Assembly: GCA_963704755.1 (NCBI GenBank)
Contig: OY969938.1
Coordinates: 1,590,001-1,622,000, forward strand
Length of the DNA: 32,000 bases
From: an uncultured Chloroflexia bacterium
GTDB lineage: Bacteria > Chloroflexota > Anaerolineae > Anaerolineales > Anaerolineaceae
Direction of reading: 5' to 3'
This document shows, piece by piece, positions 1-8,319 of the stretch. The notes under the pieces were generated by a model. That model saw only the letters and a list, made by a program, of their open reading frames with translations. It made no database searches and was not told where the DNA came from. The translations under genes and the position numbers were made by a program. Numbering within the stretch: the stretch's first letter is position 1; every line of letters starts with the position of its first letter.

Positions 1-374
1 GCAATCAAAACGCCTATGGCACTCACCCAGGCCGAGCGGCCCGAGAAAATCAAATCCAGCCCCACGCCCACCAGCAGCAGCGGCCACAGGCGCAGCAGCA
101 GGCTGAAAGCGCTGATCTGCAGGTAGCCAAAATTTGCCAGCAGGAATGCCGTGCCAAAGCCCAGCGAAATGATGCCCCAGACCCAGCTATCACCGCGGAA
201 CAGGCTGTCCAGCCCACCCAGGATGAAAATTAAGGGCCAAAGGTTTATAAATACGTCCCACAAGTTCCCTGTGATGTACCCCAGGGTGTTCAACAGCAGA
301 ATCACACCCACTGTTATCAGCAGGAGGGGCCAAAAAATACTGTGTCGCCTGATCCGATTGTTTTGGATTGACAT
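1..374 (-). CDS. LiaI/LiaF-TM-like (DUF5668-type) membrane protein, N-terminal part; 3' end lies beyond the window
   Basis: Minus-strand frame is open from ATG 374..372 (AGAAGGA 6 nt upstream) to the window edge. It is absent from the ORF track because it has no stop. Translation MSIQNNRIRRHSIFWPLLLITVGVILLLNTLGY..LWPLIFILGGLDSLF..LWPLLLVGVGLDLIF carries three 'WPxxLIxxG' hydrophobic motifs. Confidence 0.6.
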   Translation of the reverse strand, partial: MSIQNNRIRRHSIFWPLLLITVGVILLLNTLGYITGNLWDVFINLWPLIFILGGLDSLFRGDSWVWGIISLGFGTAFLLANFGYLQISAFSLLLRLWPLLLVGVGLDLIFSGRSAWVSAIGVLI

Positions 375-455
375 ATCCAGTCCTTCTCTATTCACAGGCT
401 GCCCGAAAGTTCCTTTCCGGCAGCCTAATGATTCTCATCCTTAGCGCCGGTTCAC

Positions 456-1094
456 TCAGCGTTGGACCGCCCGAACAATCAGGTAGCCGCCAACCACGAT
501 CAACGCCAGCGGCCAGATATAGACGGCCCAATTCAACGATCCCATCATCACGATCAAAGCGACCGCCGCCAGGGCCAGTGCCGGGTAAATCGGCCAGCGC
601 ATCGGAATACCGCCGTCTTTGAACAGCATCAGAGACGCAAAAGTCGCCGAAAGCCCCAGCAAAAAGACCCAGGCCGAGTCCGTGATGAACGGGTCGAGCA
701 AGATCAGCAGCACCAGGCTGAACATGGTGCCCATGGGGATCAAAGCCCACCAGTAGTTCCTGCGCATCAGGAACACCGCCAGGAATGCACAACCGATCCC
801 GCCCAGGACAATCGCGCCGCCCAGATAGTCGGCAAGGCGCGGGAAGACATCATCGAGGCCAATCAAGATCCCGATACCCAGCAAGGTAAACCCGGGAATG
901 ACGGCCCACCAGGCCGAGCGGTCACTGGCCGTGACCAGCAAAAAAGCACCCCCACCTGCGACGAATAACACCGCCCAGAACAACCCGGCCAGGCTAAGCG
1001 ACAAAAACGTATCCAGAAAGGCCACCAGGCCGAGCAAAATCAACGTACCACCTACAATGTAACGCCACCGATGCGAATTCAAACTGGAATTCAT
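456..1094 (-). CDS. polytopic membrane protein, LiaF-TM-like motif at C-terminus
   Basis: 212-aa ORF with AAGGAG 7 nt upstream of ATG 1094. About 6-7 hydrophobic segments; ends ..IWPLALIVVGGYLIVRAVQR. Confidence 0.7.
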   Translation of the reverse strand: MNSSLNSHRWRYIVGGTLILLGLVAFLDTFLSLSLAGLFWAVLFVAGGGAFLLVTASDRSAWWAVIPGFTLLGIGILIGLDDVFPRLADYLGGAIVLGGIGCAFLAVFLMRRNYWWALIPMGTMFSLVLLILLDPFITDSAWVFLLGLSATFASLMLFKDGGIPMRWPIYPALALAAVALIVMMGSLNWAVYIWPLALIVVGGYLIVRAVQR

Positions 1095-1125
1095 CAGAAA
1101 ACTCCTTCTACTTGATCATACTTAC

Positions 1126-1935
1126 TCACGCGCTAACGACTTCGATCGACCCAACGCCGGCCTCGATCGAAATTTCTACTTTATTTTCCGCATTTACAAA
1201 ATCCGGGAACTCGTAAGCATAGCCATTATGCGGGAAACGGTTCTGATCGATCTTCAGGCCGATCAAACCACTCTGCACGCGAATGCGCCCGGCGACACCT
1301 TGAGGCACCATCAGGACAACCGAGGCTGCCCCCGCGTGGACCTCGACGCTGGTCTGGCCGGCCCGAGCCGGCAAGGTAAGCCGGGTTGAGCTGGCGCCCG
1401 TTTCCAACACCAGTTTACGCACCTGCACGTCACGCAAATCGATCACGCCTTCGCCCGCCCCGGTATGGAAGGCCAGGTCCATGGGCATACTGTTAGACAG
1501 GTGCACGTTCCAGCGAAAACCATCGCCGGGACCCCAATTCCACCACAGCCGCTGGGCTTCGGCGCGCAGCTTGACCCGCGCCGTCGTGCCATAGCGGTCC
1601 AGCGAATGGACCACCCCACCTCCAAAAGTCCCATCCAGGATATTCCCAACCGCCGCCAGCGAACCAACCGCCAGTGTACCGGCGCCGTGGTGGAACTCAA
1701 TATAAGCATCGACTGCATTTTCCTGCGGGATCGCCAGAGAGGTCGATTCCATTTGCCCGCCCATTTGCCCGCGGGTCACGGCCGGCCGCAAGAAAATCCA
1801 CAACCCCGCCAGGATCAAGAAGAACGGCCAAAAATAAGCCCAGGCGTTCCAGGCCAGAAAGCCCATGGTTTGCAGCAAAAGCAGTACTCCCAATACGACG
1901 ATGATCAATCCCCAGAAAAAACGATTCGTACGCAT
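1126..1935 (-). CDS. LiaF-like protein: two N-terminal TM helices plus beta-rich C-terminal domain (LiaF_C/DUF4097-like)
   Basis: ORF 1126..1989. Preferred start is ATG 1935 (GGAGA 6-7 nt upstream), giving MRTNRFFWGLIIVVLGVLLLL..FWPFFLILAGLWIFL. A ~200-aa domain of repeated short strands follows, ending IEAGVGSIEVVSA. Confidence 0.7.
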   Translation of the reverse strand: MRTNRFFWGLIIVVLGVLLLLQTMGFLAWNAWAYFWPFFLILAGLWIFLRPAVTRGQMGGQMESTSLAIPQENAVDAYIEFHHGAGTLAVGSLAAVGNILDGTFGGGVVHSLDRYGTTARVKLRAEAQRLWWNWGPGDGFRWNVHLSNSMPMDLAFHTGAGEGVIDLRDVQVRKLVLETGASSTRLTLPARAGQTSVEVHAGAASVVLMVPQGVAGRIRVQSGLIGLKIDQNRFPHNGYAYEFPDFVNAENKVEISIEAGVGSIEVVSA

Positions 1936-2035
1936 AATCCATCTCCATTTATCTTTGAAGAATGACACTTTGGAACTACTCAAGCCCATGGTAAAGGGTT
2001 CTTATCCACCGGGCCGCGCAGTCACGATTTTTTTA

Positions 2036-2407
2036 TTAATGCACCAGAATCCCCAGGCCGGCCAGCATTAAGATGAAAGGCCAGCCCAGCAACCAAACCT
2101 GCCCGGCGCCACCGATCACCTGGAGCGCAAGCAAAATACTCACGGCAAATAATCCGCCCGCCAAAATAACCGGCCCGGGGATCGACCGGGCCAGGCTATA
2201 AATCAGTAATGCTATCGATACCATTGCCAACAAAACCGGAATAACCAGGGCTGTTGCATGCCAGGGGATACCGGCCAGGATGGCTATCGAAAACCACCAT
2301 GCTCCCATCATCAATAGCAGGGCGATCAAGTTCATCCGGGCGGTTTTTTTTCTCATCATCTCCAGGCCAAAAACAGTCTTTTCATGGAATTGCTCAGACT
2401 TGTGCAT
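2036..2407 (-). CDS. small membrane protein (3-4 TM), LiaF-TM-like motif
   Basis: 123-aa ORF, hydrophobic throughout; ends ..GWPFILMLAGLGILVH. Start is uncertain (ATG 2407 or the MMRKK.. ATGs near 2359). Confidence 0.6.
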   Translation of the reverse strand: MHKSEQFHEKTVFGLEMMRKKTARMNLIALLLMMGAWWFSIAILAGIPWHATALVIPVLLAMVSIALLIYSLARSIPGPVILAGGLFAVSILLALQVIGGAGQVWLLGWPFILMLAGLGILVH

Positions 2408-2512
2408 GAAGTTCTCGAATTTGAGGCCCTCAGCAAATCGACCGGGCAGTTACCTTTTCTTTCCGTTAAGACTATATAACGAAACCCGGCCGGATTAGTT
2501 GCAAATTAAAGA

Positions 2513-2571
2513 GATTCCCAAAAGATGGGTTTGCGAGCGTGAGACGCTCGCAAACCCATCTTTTGGGAATC
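2513..2571. repeat. perfect 27-bp-stem palindrome (5-nt loop) between divergent genes
   Basis: gattcccaaaagatgggtttgcgagcg-tgaga-cgctcgcaaacccatcttttgggaatc, read directly. Confidence 0.9.
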
Positions 2572-2603
2572 GGGCCGCAGCACTGCATCTTCAAAAACGC
2601 CTC

Positions 2604-2631
2604 TTGACTTAAACCAATTATTTACTATAAT
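2604..2631 (+). promoter_or_regulatory. sigma70-type promoter for the cysK leader
   Basis: TTGACT (2604..2609), 16-nt spacer, TATAAT (2626..2631). About 370 nt upstream of the cysK ATG. Confidence 0.55.
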
Positions 2632-2677
2632 CAAGACGATTATTATGATGTTTGTGATAAAAAACCGGAGATTCGAA

Positions 2678-2819
2678 ATGCTCTTTTGCGTGTGTCTAAG
2701 GCGGGGCTGCTTTTAGCCGCTGCCTGAGACTGTTCAAATAACGATAACAGCTAGCAGACCAAGGCAGTGGTCAACAGCCCCGCAGAAACCGTTCGCGTGG
2801 TAGATGACTACTGCTTTTT
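2678..2819 (+). promoter_or_regulatory. candidate leader peptide (MLFCVCLRRGCF, 3 Cys in 12 codons) plus alternative helices and terminator-like hairpin
   Basis: GGAG 2667..2670 lies 7 nt before ATG 2678; stop TAG 2714..2716. Long helix: 2701..2709 pairs with 2775..2783 and 2716..2724 with 2763..2771. Hairpin GTGGTAG-atga-CTACTGC (2797..2814) is followed by T5 (2815..2819). Confidence 0.3.
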
Positions 2820-3007
2820 ATATCTGCTGGCTTTATTTTATTAATCGTAACTATTCAGATCTATGCGCGAAGTCCCCGAATTTCAAGTGGTGAGGGGCTT
2901 TCGGCAGCGCGGCCCCCTGAATTCGGGTTCTCAACCGTTCGTCTGAGCAGTTACACCTCATCGATCATAAGAAAACCGGTACTCAGCAACTGAGTCGGAG
3001 GAATTAT

Positions 3008-3940
3008 ATGAAAATCGCTAATGACGTTACCGAACTGGTCGGCAACACACCCCTTGTCCGCTTGAATCGCATCACGAACGGCGCAGTAGCCGAAATTGCT
3101 GCCAAGCTCGAATTCTATAACCCGGCCCACAGCGTCAAAGACCGGATTGGCGTTGCCATGATCAATGCGGCCGAAAAAGATGGCCTGATCAAGAAGGATA
3201 CCATTATCGTCGAGCCCACCAGCGGTAACACCGGCATCGCCCTGGCCTTCGTTTGCGCTGCCCGCGGGTATGCCTGCACCCTGGTCATGCCGGACACGAT
3301 GAGCCGCGAACGCAAAATGCTGCTGCGTGCCTATGGCGCGAACCTCATTTTGACCCCCGGCAGTGAAGGAATGGGCGGAGCAATCCGCAAAGCCGAAGAG
3401 CTGGTGGCGAGTGACTCGCGCTATTTTATGCCGCAGCAGTTCAAGAACCCGGCCAACCCGGAGATCCACCGTAAGACCACTGCCGAAGAAATCTGGCGCG
3501 ATACCGACGGCAAAGTTGATTTCCTCGTCGCCGGCGTCGGCACAGGCGGGACCATCACCGGCATCGGCGAAGTGCTCAAGGCGCACAAGCCTTCCTTTAA
3601 AGCCATCGCTGTGGAGCCGGATGCCTCGCCGGTCCTTTCGGGCGGGCAAAAAGGCCCTCATCCTATCCAGGGCATCGGCGCCGGTTTCATTCCCGACGTT
3701 TTGAACACCCATGCCTATGAGGAAGTCATTCGGGTCAAGGCTGACGATGCTTTCCGTACAGCCCGTGAAATGGCCACCAAAGAAGGGCTGTTGGTGGGTA
3801 TTTCCTCGGGCGCGGCTACCTGGGCAGCTTTGCAGGTCGCTCACCGGCCAGAAAATGCCGGGAAACTGATCGTGGTGATTATCCCCTCCTTCGGCGAACG
3901 CTACCTGAGTACCCCCCTGTACTCAGACCTGGCCGAGTAA
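3008..3940 (+). CDS. cysK: cysteine synthase A (O-acetylserine sulfhydrylase)
   Basis: 310 aa, GGAGG RBS. Hallmark PLP-enzyme motifs: [40 protein letters not shown]. Confidence 0.95.
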   Translation: MKIANDVTELVGNTPLVRLNRITNGAVAEIAAKLEFYNPAHSVKDRIGVAMINAAEKDGLIKKDTIIVEPTSGNTGIALAFVCAARGYACTLVMPDTMSRERKMLLRAYGANLILTPGSEGMGGAIRKAEELVASDSRYFMPQQFKNPANPEIHRKTTAEEIWRDTDGKVDFLVAGVGTGGTITGIGEVLKAHKPSFKAIAVEPDASPVLSGGQKGPHPIQGIGAGFIPDVLNTHAYEEVIRVKADDAFRTAREMATKEGLLVGISSGAATWAALQVAHRPENAGKLIVVIIPSFGERYLSTPLYSDLAE

Positions 3941-4037
3941 CCGGCCGGCCAACATCCTGGAAGGCTGAATACAGGCTGACGGCGCAGCTTTCCCGGAGGT
4001 GTGGCGCGTTTTGGTTCTATAGCAGGAAGGATTTGAC

Positions 4038-4808
4038 ATGATTAAAGCAATCCGGATCATACGAGAAGACATCCGCGCTGCCCTGGAGCGAGACCCGGCG
4101 GCCCAGGGCGGATTGGAAATATTTCTGGCCTATGCCGGTCTGCACGCTTTATGGGGCCATCGCCTGGCCCACTGGTTGTGGAACCATAAAATGAAGCTGG
4201 TCGCGCGCAGCCTGGCCCAGGTCACCCGCTTTCTGACCGGCATCGAAATCCACCCGGCTGCTCGAATCGGGCACGGGCTGTTCATCGACCATGGCATGGG
4301 CGTAGTTATCGGCGAAACCGCCGAAATCGGCGACAACGTGACCCTCTACCACGGCGTCACCCTGGGTGGGGTCAGCCTGGAAAAAGGCAAACGCCACCCC
4401 ACCCTGGAAGATAACGTGGTGGTTGGAGCCGGGGCCAAAGTACTGGGGAACATCGTCATCGGCGCCGGCAGCCGCGTGGGTGCGAACGCTGTGGTGGTCA
4501 AATCGGTGCCGCCCAATTCGGTGGTGGTCGGCGTGCCGGGCCAGGTATTGGCGCGCAGCAAACCTGCCCACGAGACGCCCGACCTGGACCACAACCTCAT
4601 GCCGGATGCCATTGGCCAATCGCTGCTTTCGGTGATGGCCCGCATGGACGCCCTTGAAAATCAATTGCACAGCCAATCCCTGGAGAGCGGCGGAAAGAAC
4701 GGGAACGGGAACGGGAATGGGCATAAAGAAGGCAACATTCTGCAACATCCCACCCTGGTCCACTCTCCCGATCACGGGGTGTGGCACGGAGAAGATTTTT
4801 CTATCTAA
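4038..4808 (+). CDS. cysE: serine O-acetyltransferase with extended C-terminal tail
   Basis: 256 aa. N-terminal SAT helix region ([27 protein letters not shown]), hexapeptide repeats ([40 protein letters not shown]) and an (NG)4 linker; ends ..GEDFSI. Confidence 0.9.
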   Translation: MIKAIRIIREDIRAALERDPAAQGGLEIFLAYAGLHALWGHRLAHWLWNHKMKLVARSLAQVTRFLTGIEIHPAARIGHGLFIDHGMGVVIGETAEIGDNVTLYHGVTLGGVSLEKGKRHPTLEDNVVVGAGAKVLGNIVIGAGSRVGANAVVVKSVPPNSVVVGVPGQVLARSKPAHETPDLDHNLMPDAIGQSLLSVMARMDALENQLHSQSLESGGKNGNGNGNGHKEGNILQHPTLVHSPDHGVWHGEDFSI

Positions 4809-4823
4809 GGATCAGTAATAATG

Positions 4824-4883
4824 GCGGGATTCTGGTATCCGGGCAGGGCTTTGCACTACCCGGATACCAGAATCCCGCTTTTT
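4824..4883 (+). terminator. rho-independent terminator after cysE
   Basis: 20-bp perfect stem gcgggattctggtatccggg / cccggataccagaatcccgc followed by TTTTT. Confidence 0.85.
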
Positions 4884-5018
4884 AATATAAAAACCTTTGG
4901 CTACCCCGGGGGTTAAGACAGTTAATAAACGGCTTAATCCTTCATGGTAAAATAACTCCGTTATAGCGAGTAAGTTTGCCCCTGGCGAACCATTCCTTGC
5001 ATTTATAAAATAAAAAGT

Positions 5019-5130
5019 AACTGCTCAGCCTACCTGGGAAGAACCCCAAATTCGAGGCGTTTGCGCGGACGAAGCCCCTACAAACACCTCGAATTTGGGA
5101 CCCTTTAACTGGAGCTTGAGTAATTACAAT
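5019..5130. repeat. dispersed repeat family, full copy with internal 19-bp hairpin (5045..5063 / 5081..5099)
   Basis: Shares aactgc[t/c]cagccta[c/a]ctgggaagaacccc and downstream segments with 16595..16675. Confidence 0.7.
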
Positions 5131-5156
5131 GAAAATTCTATTCCCCTGGAGGAATC

Positions 5157-5378
5157 ATGGTAAATCCGGATTTGCTTGAAATTTTGCGCTGCCCGGCGTG
5201 TGTACGTGAAAAAGAAGGCCTGCTGGATATGCACGAAGGAAGCTGGCTGATTTGCCAGGACTGCGGGCGCAAATACCCCATTGTGGACGATATCCCGGTG
5301 ATGTTGATTGATGAAGGCGACAAATGGACCGCTACCGCGGTCGATGACCTGCCGCTGCCTCCGCCCCCCATGCATTAA
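5157..5378 (+). CDS. Trm112/YcaR (UPF0434) family zinc-ribbon protein
   Basis: 73 aa. LLEILRCPACV..LICQDCGRKYPIVDDIPVML matches the Trm112p-like pattern; GGAGG-like RBS (ctggaggaatc ATG). Confidence 0.75.
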   Translation: MVNPDLLEILRCPACVREKEGLLDMHEGSWLICQDCGRKYPIVDDIPVMLIDEGDKWTATAVDDLPLPPPPMH

Positions 5379-5432
5379 GGATTATAATAAGCGCATTCTG
5401 TGATTGGTATTGATCTTGCACCCTGAAGTTGC

Positions 5433-6881
5433 ATGCTCATATCCGAACTACGCGCTCAGAAGAAGAAGATGGCAAATCGAACCCCTCGCATGGCTGTAAA
5501 ACGCGCCCAACTTGACCGCTTGACGTTAATCGTCCTGGCTGTTTTTTTAGTCCTGGCGGTCGTTACGGGTATCGTCCTTTTCAATGTCTCCCGTGACATA
5601 TTCAAAAGTTGGACCAGCACTCCCCTCAAAGGGATTGCCGTTTCCAACCCCACCGCCGAAGCAACAGTAGAAGGAACGCCATTCCCGGCCACCATCCCGT
5701 TGCAGCAGGTCGGCGGACCGACCCCCGATCCCTGGGACGGAAAGAACCGGGTTACGATCCTGATCATGGGCCTGGATTATCGCGATTGGGAACAAGGCGG
5801 GCCTTCCCGCACCGACACGATGATCTTGTTCACCATCGATCCGGTCACGAACACGGCCGGCATGCTGTCGATCCCGCGGGATATGTGGGTCAACATTCCT
5901 GGTTATGGCTATTACAAGATTAACCAGGCATACTACTTTGGAGAGCTATATAAGCTCCCCGGTGGTGGTCCGGCCCTGGCTGTAGAGACCGTCAAGCAGT
6001 TCCTGGGCGTGGATATCAATTATTACGCCGAGATCGACTTCAGCGCCTTCGTCAAGTTCATCGACGAGATCGATGGGGTCAAGATCAATATTCCCGACGA
6101 AATCACCGTGTACACCATCGGTGGCGATAGAGCCGTCAAGCTCGAGCCAGGCGTTATTACCTTGCCGGGCGACATTGCCCTGGCCTATGCCCGTAACCGC
6201 GAGACAGCCGGATCCGATTTCGACCGGGCCAAACGCCAACAGCAGGTCATCATGGCCGTTCGGGATCGTGTGCTCAGCTTCAACATGCTGCCCAAGCTAA
6301 TCACGCGTGCGCCGGCTTTGTATAACGAGCTTTCTTCCGGGATTAGTACCAATATGACCCTGGATGAAGCCACCAAACTAGGGTGGTTGGCCATTCAGAT
6401 TCCACAGGCCAACATTACCCAGGCTCAGCTTGGGCCTGACCAGGTGGAGTTTGGCAAGTCGCCGGATGGGCTGGATATCCTTATCCCCATTCCCGACAAG
6501 GTCCGCCAGGTCCGCGACCAGATTTTTTCCTCGGGAACACCGGTAGGCCCGGTTGCGGTCACTCAGGACCTCAACACCCTGGTGCAAGATGAGCAGGCGC
6601 GTATTTCGGTCCAAAACGGCTCCGGGCAGGACGGGATCGCCGGCACGACCAGTACCTGGCTCAGCGGCAAGGGCTTGAACGTGGTGGACCAGTCCAACGC
6701 CGACTACACCGATACCACCACTTTCTACGTGTACAATGGGAAACCCTATACCCTGAAGTACCTGGCTCAAATCATGGGGATCGACAACCCGCGAGTATAC
6801 AATCGCTACGATCCCACCGCCGCCTATGATATCGCCGTCGTCCTGGGGAGCGATTGGTTCAATAGCAATCCCATGCAGTAG
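5433..6881 (+). CDS. LCP (LytR-CpsA-Psr) family cell-envelope phosphotransferase with LytR_C-like C-terminal domain
   Basis: 482 aa. N-terminal TM anchor, then the LCP core (ILIMGLDYR..SRTDTMILFTIDP..MLSIPRDMWV..ALAYARNRE..DFDRAKRQQQV). Start could also be ATG 5469. Confidence 0.85.
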   Translation: MLISELRAQKKKMANRTPRMAVKRAQLDRLTLIVLAVFLVLAVVTGIVLFNVSRDIFKSWTSTPLKGIAVSNPTAEATVEGTPFPATIPLQQVGGPTPDPWDGKNRVTILIMGLDYRDWEQGGPSRTDTMILFTIDPVTNTAGMLSIPRDMWVNIPGYGYYKINQAYYFGELYKLPGGGPALAVETVKQFLGVDINYYAEIDFSAFVKFIDEIDGVKINIPDEITVYTIGGDRAVKLEPGVITLPGDIALAYARNRETAGSDFDRAKRQQQVIMAVRDRVLSFNMLPKLITRAPALYNELSSGISTNMTLDEATKLGWLAIQIPQANITQAQLGPDQVEFGKSPDGLDILIPIPDKVRQVRDQIFSSGTPVGPVAVTQDLNTLVQDEQARISVQNGSGQDGIAGTTSTWLSGKGLNVVDQSNADYTDTTTFYVYNGKPYTLKYLAQIMGIDNPRVYNRYDPTAAYDIAVVLGSDWFNSNPMQ

Positions 6882-6916
6882 GTCAGTTAATAGAAAATAG
6901 AGAGTAGAGATTAGTT

Positions 6917-6945
6917 ACGGGTGCCCCAATAGGGCACCCGTTTTG
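6917..6945 (+). terminator. rho-independent terminator after the LCP gene
   Basis: acgggtgccc-caata-gggcacccgt followed by tttt. Confidence 0.75.
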
Positions 6946-7329
6946 ATTAGATACGCAATAGATACCAAGGCCAATTAATGGTTGCCCATCAGCATGGCAA
7001 CAAGTGAATCCATATACATGTCCTGCCGGCCGCGCCTCTCACCTAACCTCTCCCCGAAGGGGCGAGGGATTTAGCACGACCCAGACCAAAGTGACCCGAT
7101 CCCGAAAACGCCAAAACAGATCAATCCGATTCCCATTCATCCGTTTCCCTCCAGCGAGCAGGCCTTAACGCCTTCCCCCTCCCAGGGAGAAGGTTGGGAT
7201 GAGGGTAGATGCCCCAAACCTCAGCAGCGATAATACAAATCCAATACTTCGTTAACACTCTTCTTGTATTGCCGCGCTATGGTTAATACCGAATGAAACT
7301 CAGAACCCCTGAGGAAAGGAGCAGCAGCA

Positions 7330-8319
7330 ATGTCTAAAATAATTGGAATCGACCTGGGAACCACAAACAGCGTAGTCGCAGTGATGGAAGGTGGCGACCC
7401 GGCCGTTATTACAACAGCAGAAGGTTCACGCCTGTGCCCATCGGTGGTTGCCATTACGAAGAATGGAGAGCGCCTGGTTGGCCAGACGGCAAAACGGCAG
7501 GCGGTCATTAACTCAGAAAACACGGTATATTCAATTAAACGTTTTATGGGCCGCCGGTACGATGAAGTAGAAGCTGAACGCAAAATGGTGCCCTACAATG
7601 TGGTCCGCGGACAGGCCGGGGACGCGCGGGTAAAACTCCCGCAAAATAACCGCGAATACACCCCGCAGGAAATCTCGGCCATGATTCTGTCCAAGCTCAA
7701 AGCGGACGCCGAAGCCTACCTGGGCGAGCCAGTCACCCAGGCCGTCATCACTGTGCCGGCTTACTTCAACGACAGCCAGCGCCAGGCCACCAAAGACGCC
7801 GGCAAAATTGCCGGCCTGGATGTACTGCGAATCATCAACGAGCCGACCGCATCGGCATTAGCCTACGGGCTCGACAAACGCAAGAACGAGAAAATCCTGG
7901 TCTTCGACCTGGGCGGTGGTACGTTCGATGTGTCCGTCCTGGAAGTCGGCGAAGGCGTTTTCGAAGTCAAGTCCACCAGTGGGGATACCCACCTGGGTGG
8001 TGATGATTGGGATCAGCGCGTCGTCAATTGGGCGGCTGATGAATTCAAGAAAGAGCAAGGCATCGACCTGAAGAACGACCGCCAGGCGCTCCAGCGCCTG
8101 CGCGAAGCCGCCGAAAAGGCCAAGATCGAGCTTTCCACCATGATGGAAACCGAGATCAACCTGCCTTACATTACCGCGGACGCCAACGGCCCCAAGCACC
8201 TGCAAGTGCGCCTGAACTCGCTCGCGCTTCGAGCAAATGACCCAAGACCTGGTCGAGCGCTGCCGGGTACCTTTCGAATCGGCGTTGAAAGACGCCGGGC
8301 TGAGCGCCGGGCAAATTGA
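7330..8319 (+). CDS. dnaK: chaperone DnaK (Hsp70), N-terminal fragment; true frame ends near 8215
   Basis: [18 protein letters not shown].., [10 protein letters not shown] and AAGGAG RBS. After ..KHLQVRL the ORF runs into nonsense ([12 protein letters not shown]..). Confidence 0.95.
   Translation: MSKIIGIDLGTTNSVVAVMEGGDPAVITTAEGSRLCPSVVAITKNGERLVGQTAKRQAVINSENTVYSIKRFMGRRYDEVEAERKMVPYNVVRGQAGDARVKLPQNNREYTPQEISAMILSKLKADAEAYLGEPVTQAVITVPAYFNDSQRQATKDAGKIAGLDVLRIINEPTASALAYGLDKRKNEKILVFDLGGGTFDVSVLEVGEGVFEVKSTSGDTHLGGDDWDQRVVNWAADEFKKEQGIDLKNDRQALQRLREAAEKAKIELSTMMETEINLPYITADANGPKHLQVRLNSLALRANDPRPGRALPGTFRIGVERRRAERRAN

Noticed and set aside
2640-3007. Checked the long cysK leader for a T-box (Cys) or SAM riboswitch.
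   Set aside because: I could find no T-box core (..GGGTGGTACCGCG..), no specifier/antiterminator arrangement and no SAM-I core motifs. A leader-peptide model fits better (see findings).
2951-3844. 297-aa minus-strand ORF antisense to cysK. Similar long antisense or alternate-frame ORFs: 4149..4787, 7858..8565, 8171..8812, 21224..21694, 23641..24129, 24683..25510 and 27138..27914.
   Set aside because: Each overlaps a confidently identified gene on the other strand or frame. They are Arg/Gly/Ala/Pro-rich, as expected from GC-rich antisense frames, and have no recognisable motifs or RBS.
4830-4842. 13-nt identity ttctggtatccgg between the cysE terminator (4830..4842) and 21779..21791.
   Set aside because: By a rough estimate, matches of 13 nt are expected by chance several times in a 32-kb window on both strands. 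The context shows no further similarity.
7071-7098. TTAGCACGA-N9-AAGTGACCC upstream of dnaK, considered as a CIRCE (HrcA) operator.
   Set aside because: Only the left half resembles TTAGCACTC. The right half matches GAGTGCTAA at about 4 of 9 positions, and the site is 230 nt from the start codon.
7021-7205. Short GC-rich hairpins (cctctccccgaaggggcgagg; ccttccccctcccagggagaagg) in the LCP-dnaK spacer.
   Set aside because: They are real inverted repeats but short, imperfect and low-complexity. I could not link them to each other or to a known element, and they are too weak to report as features.
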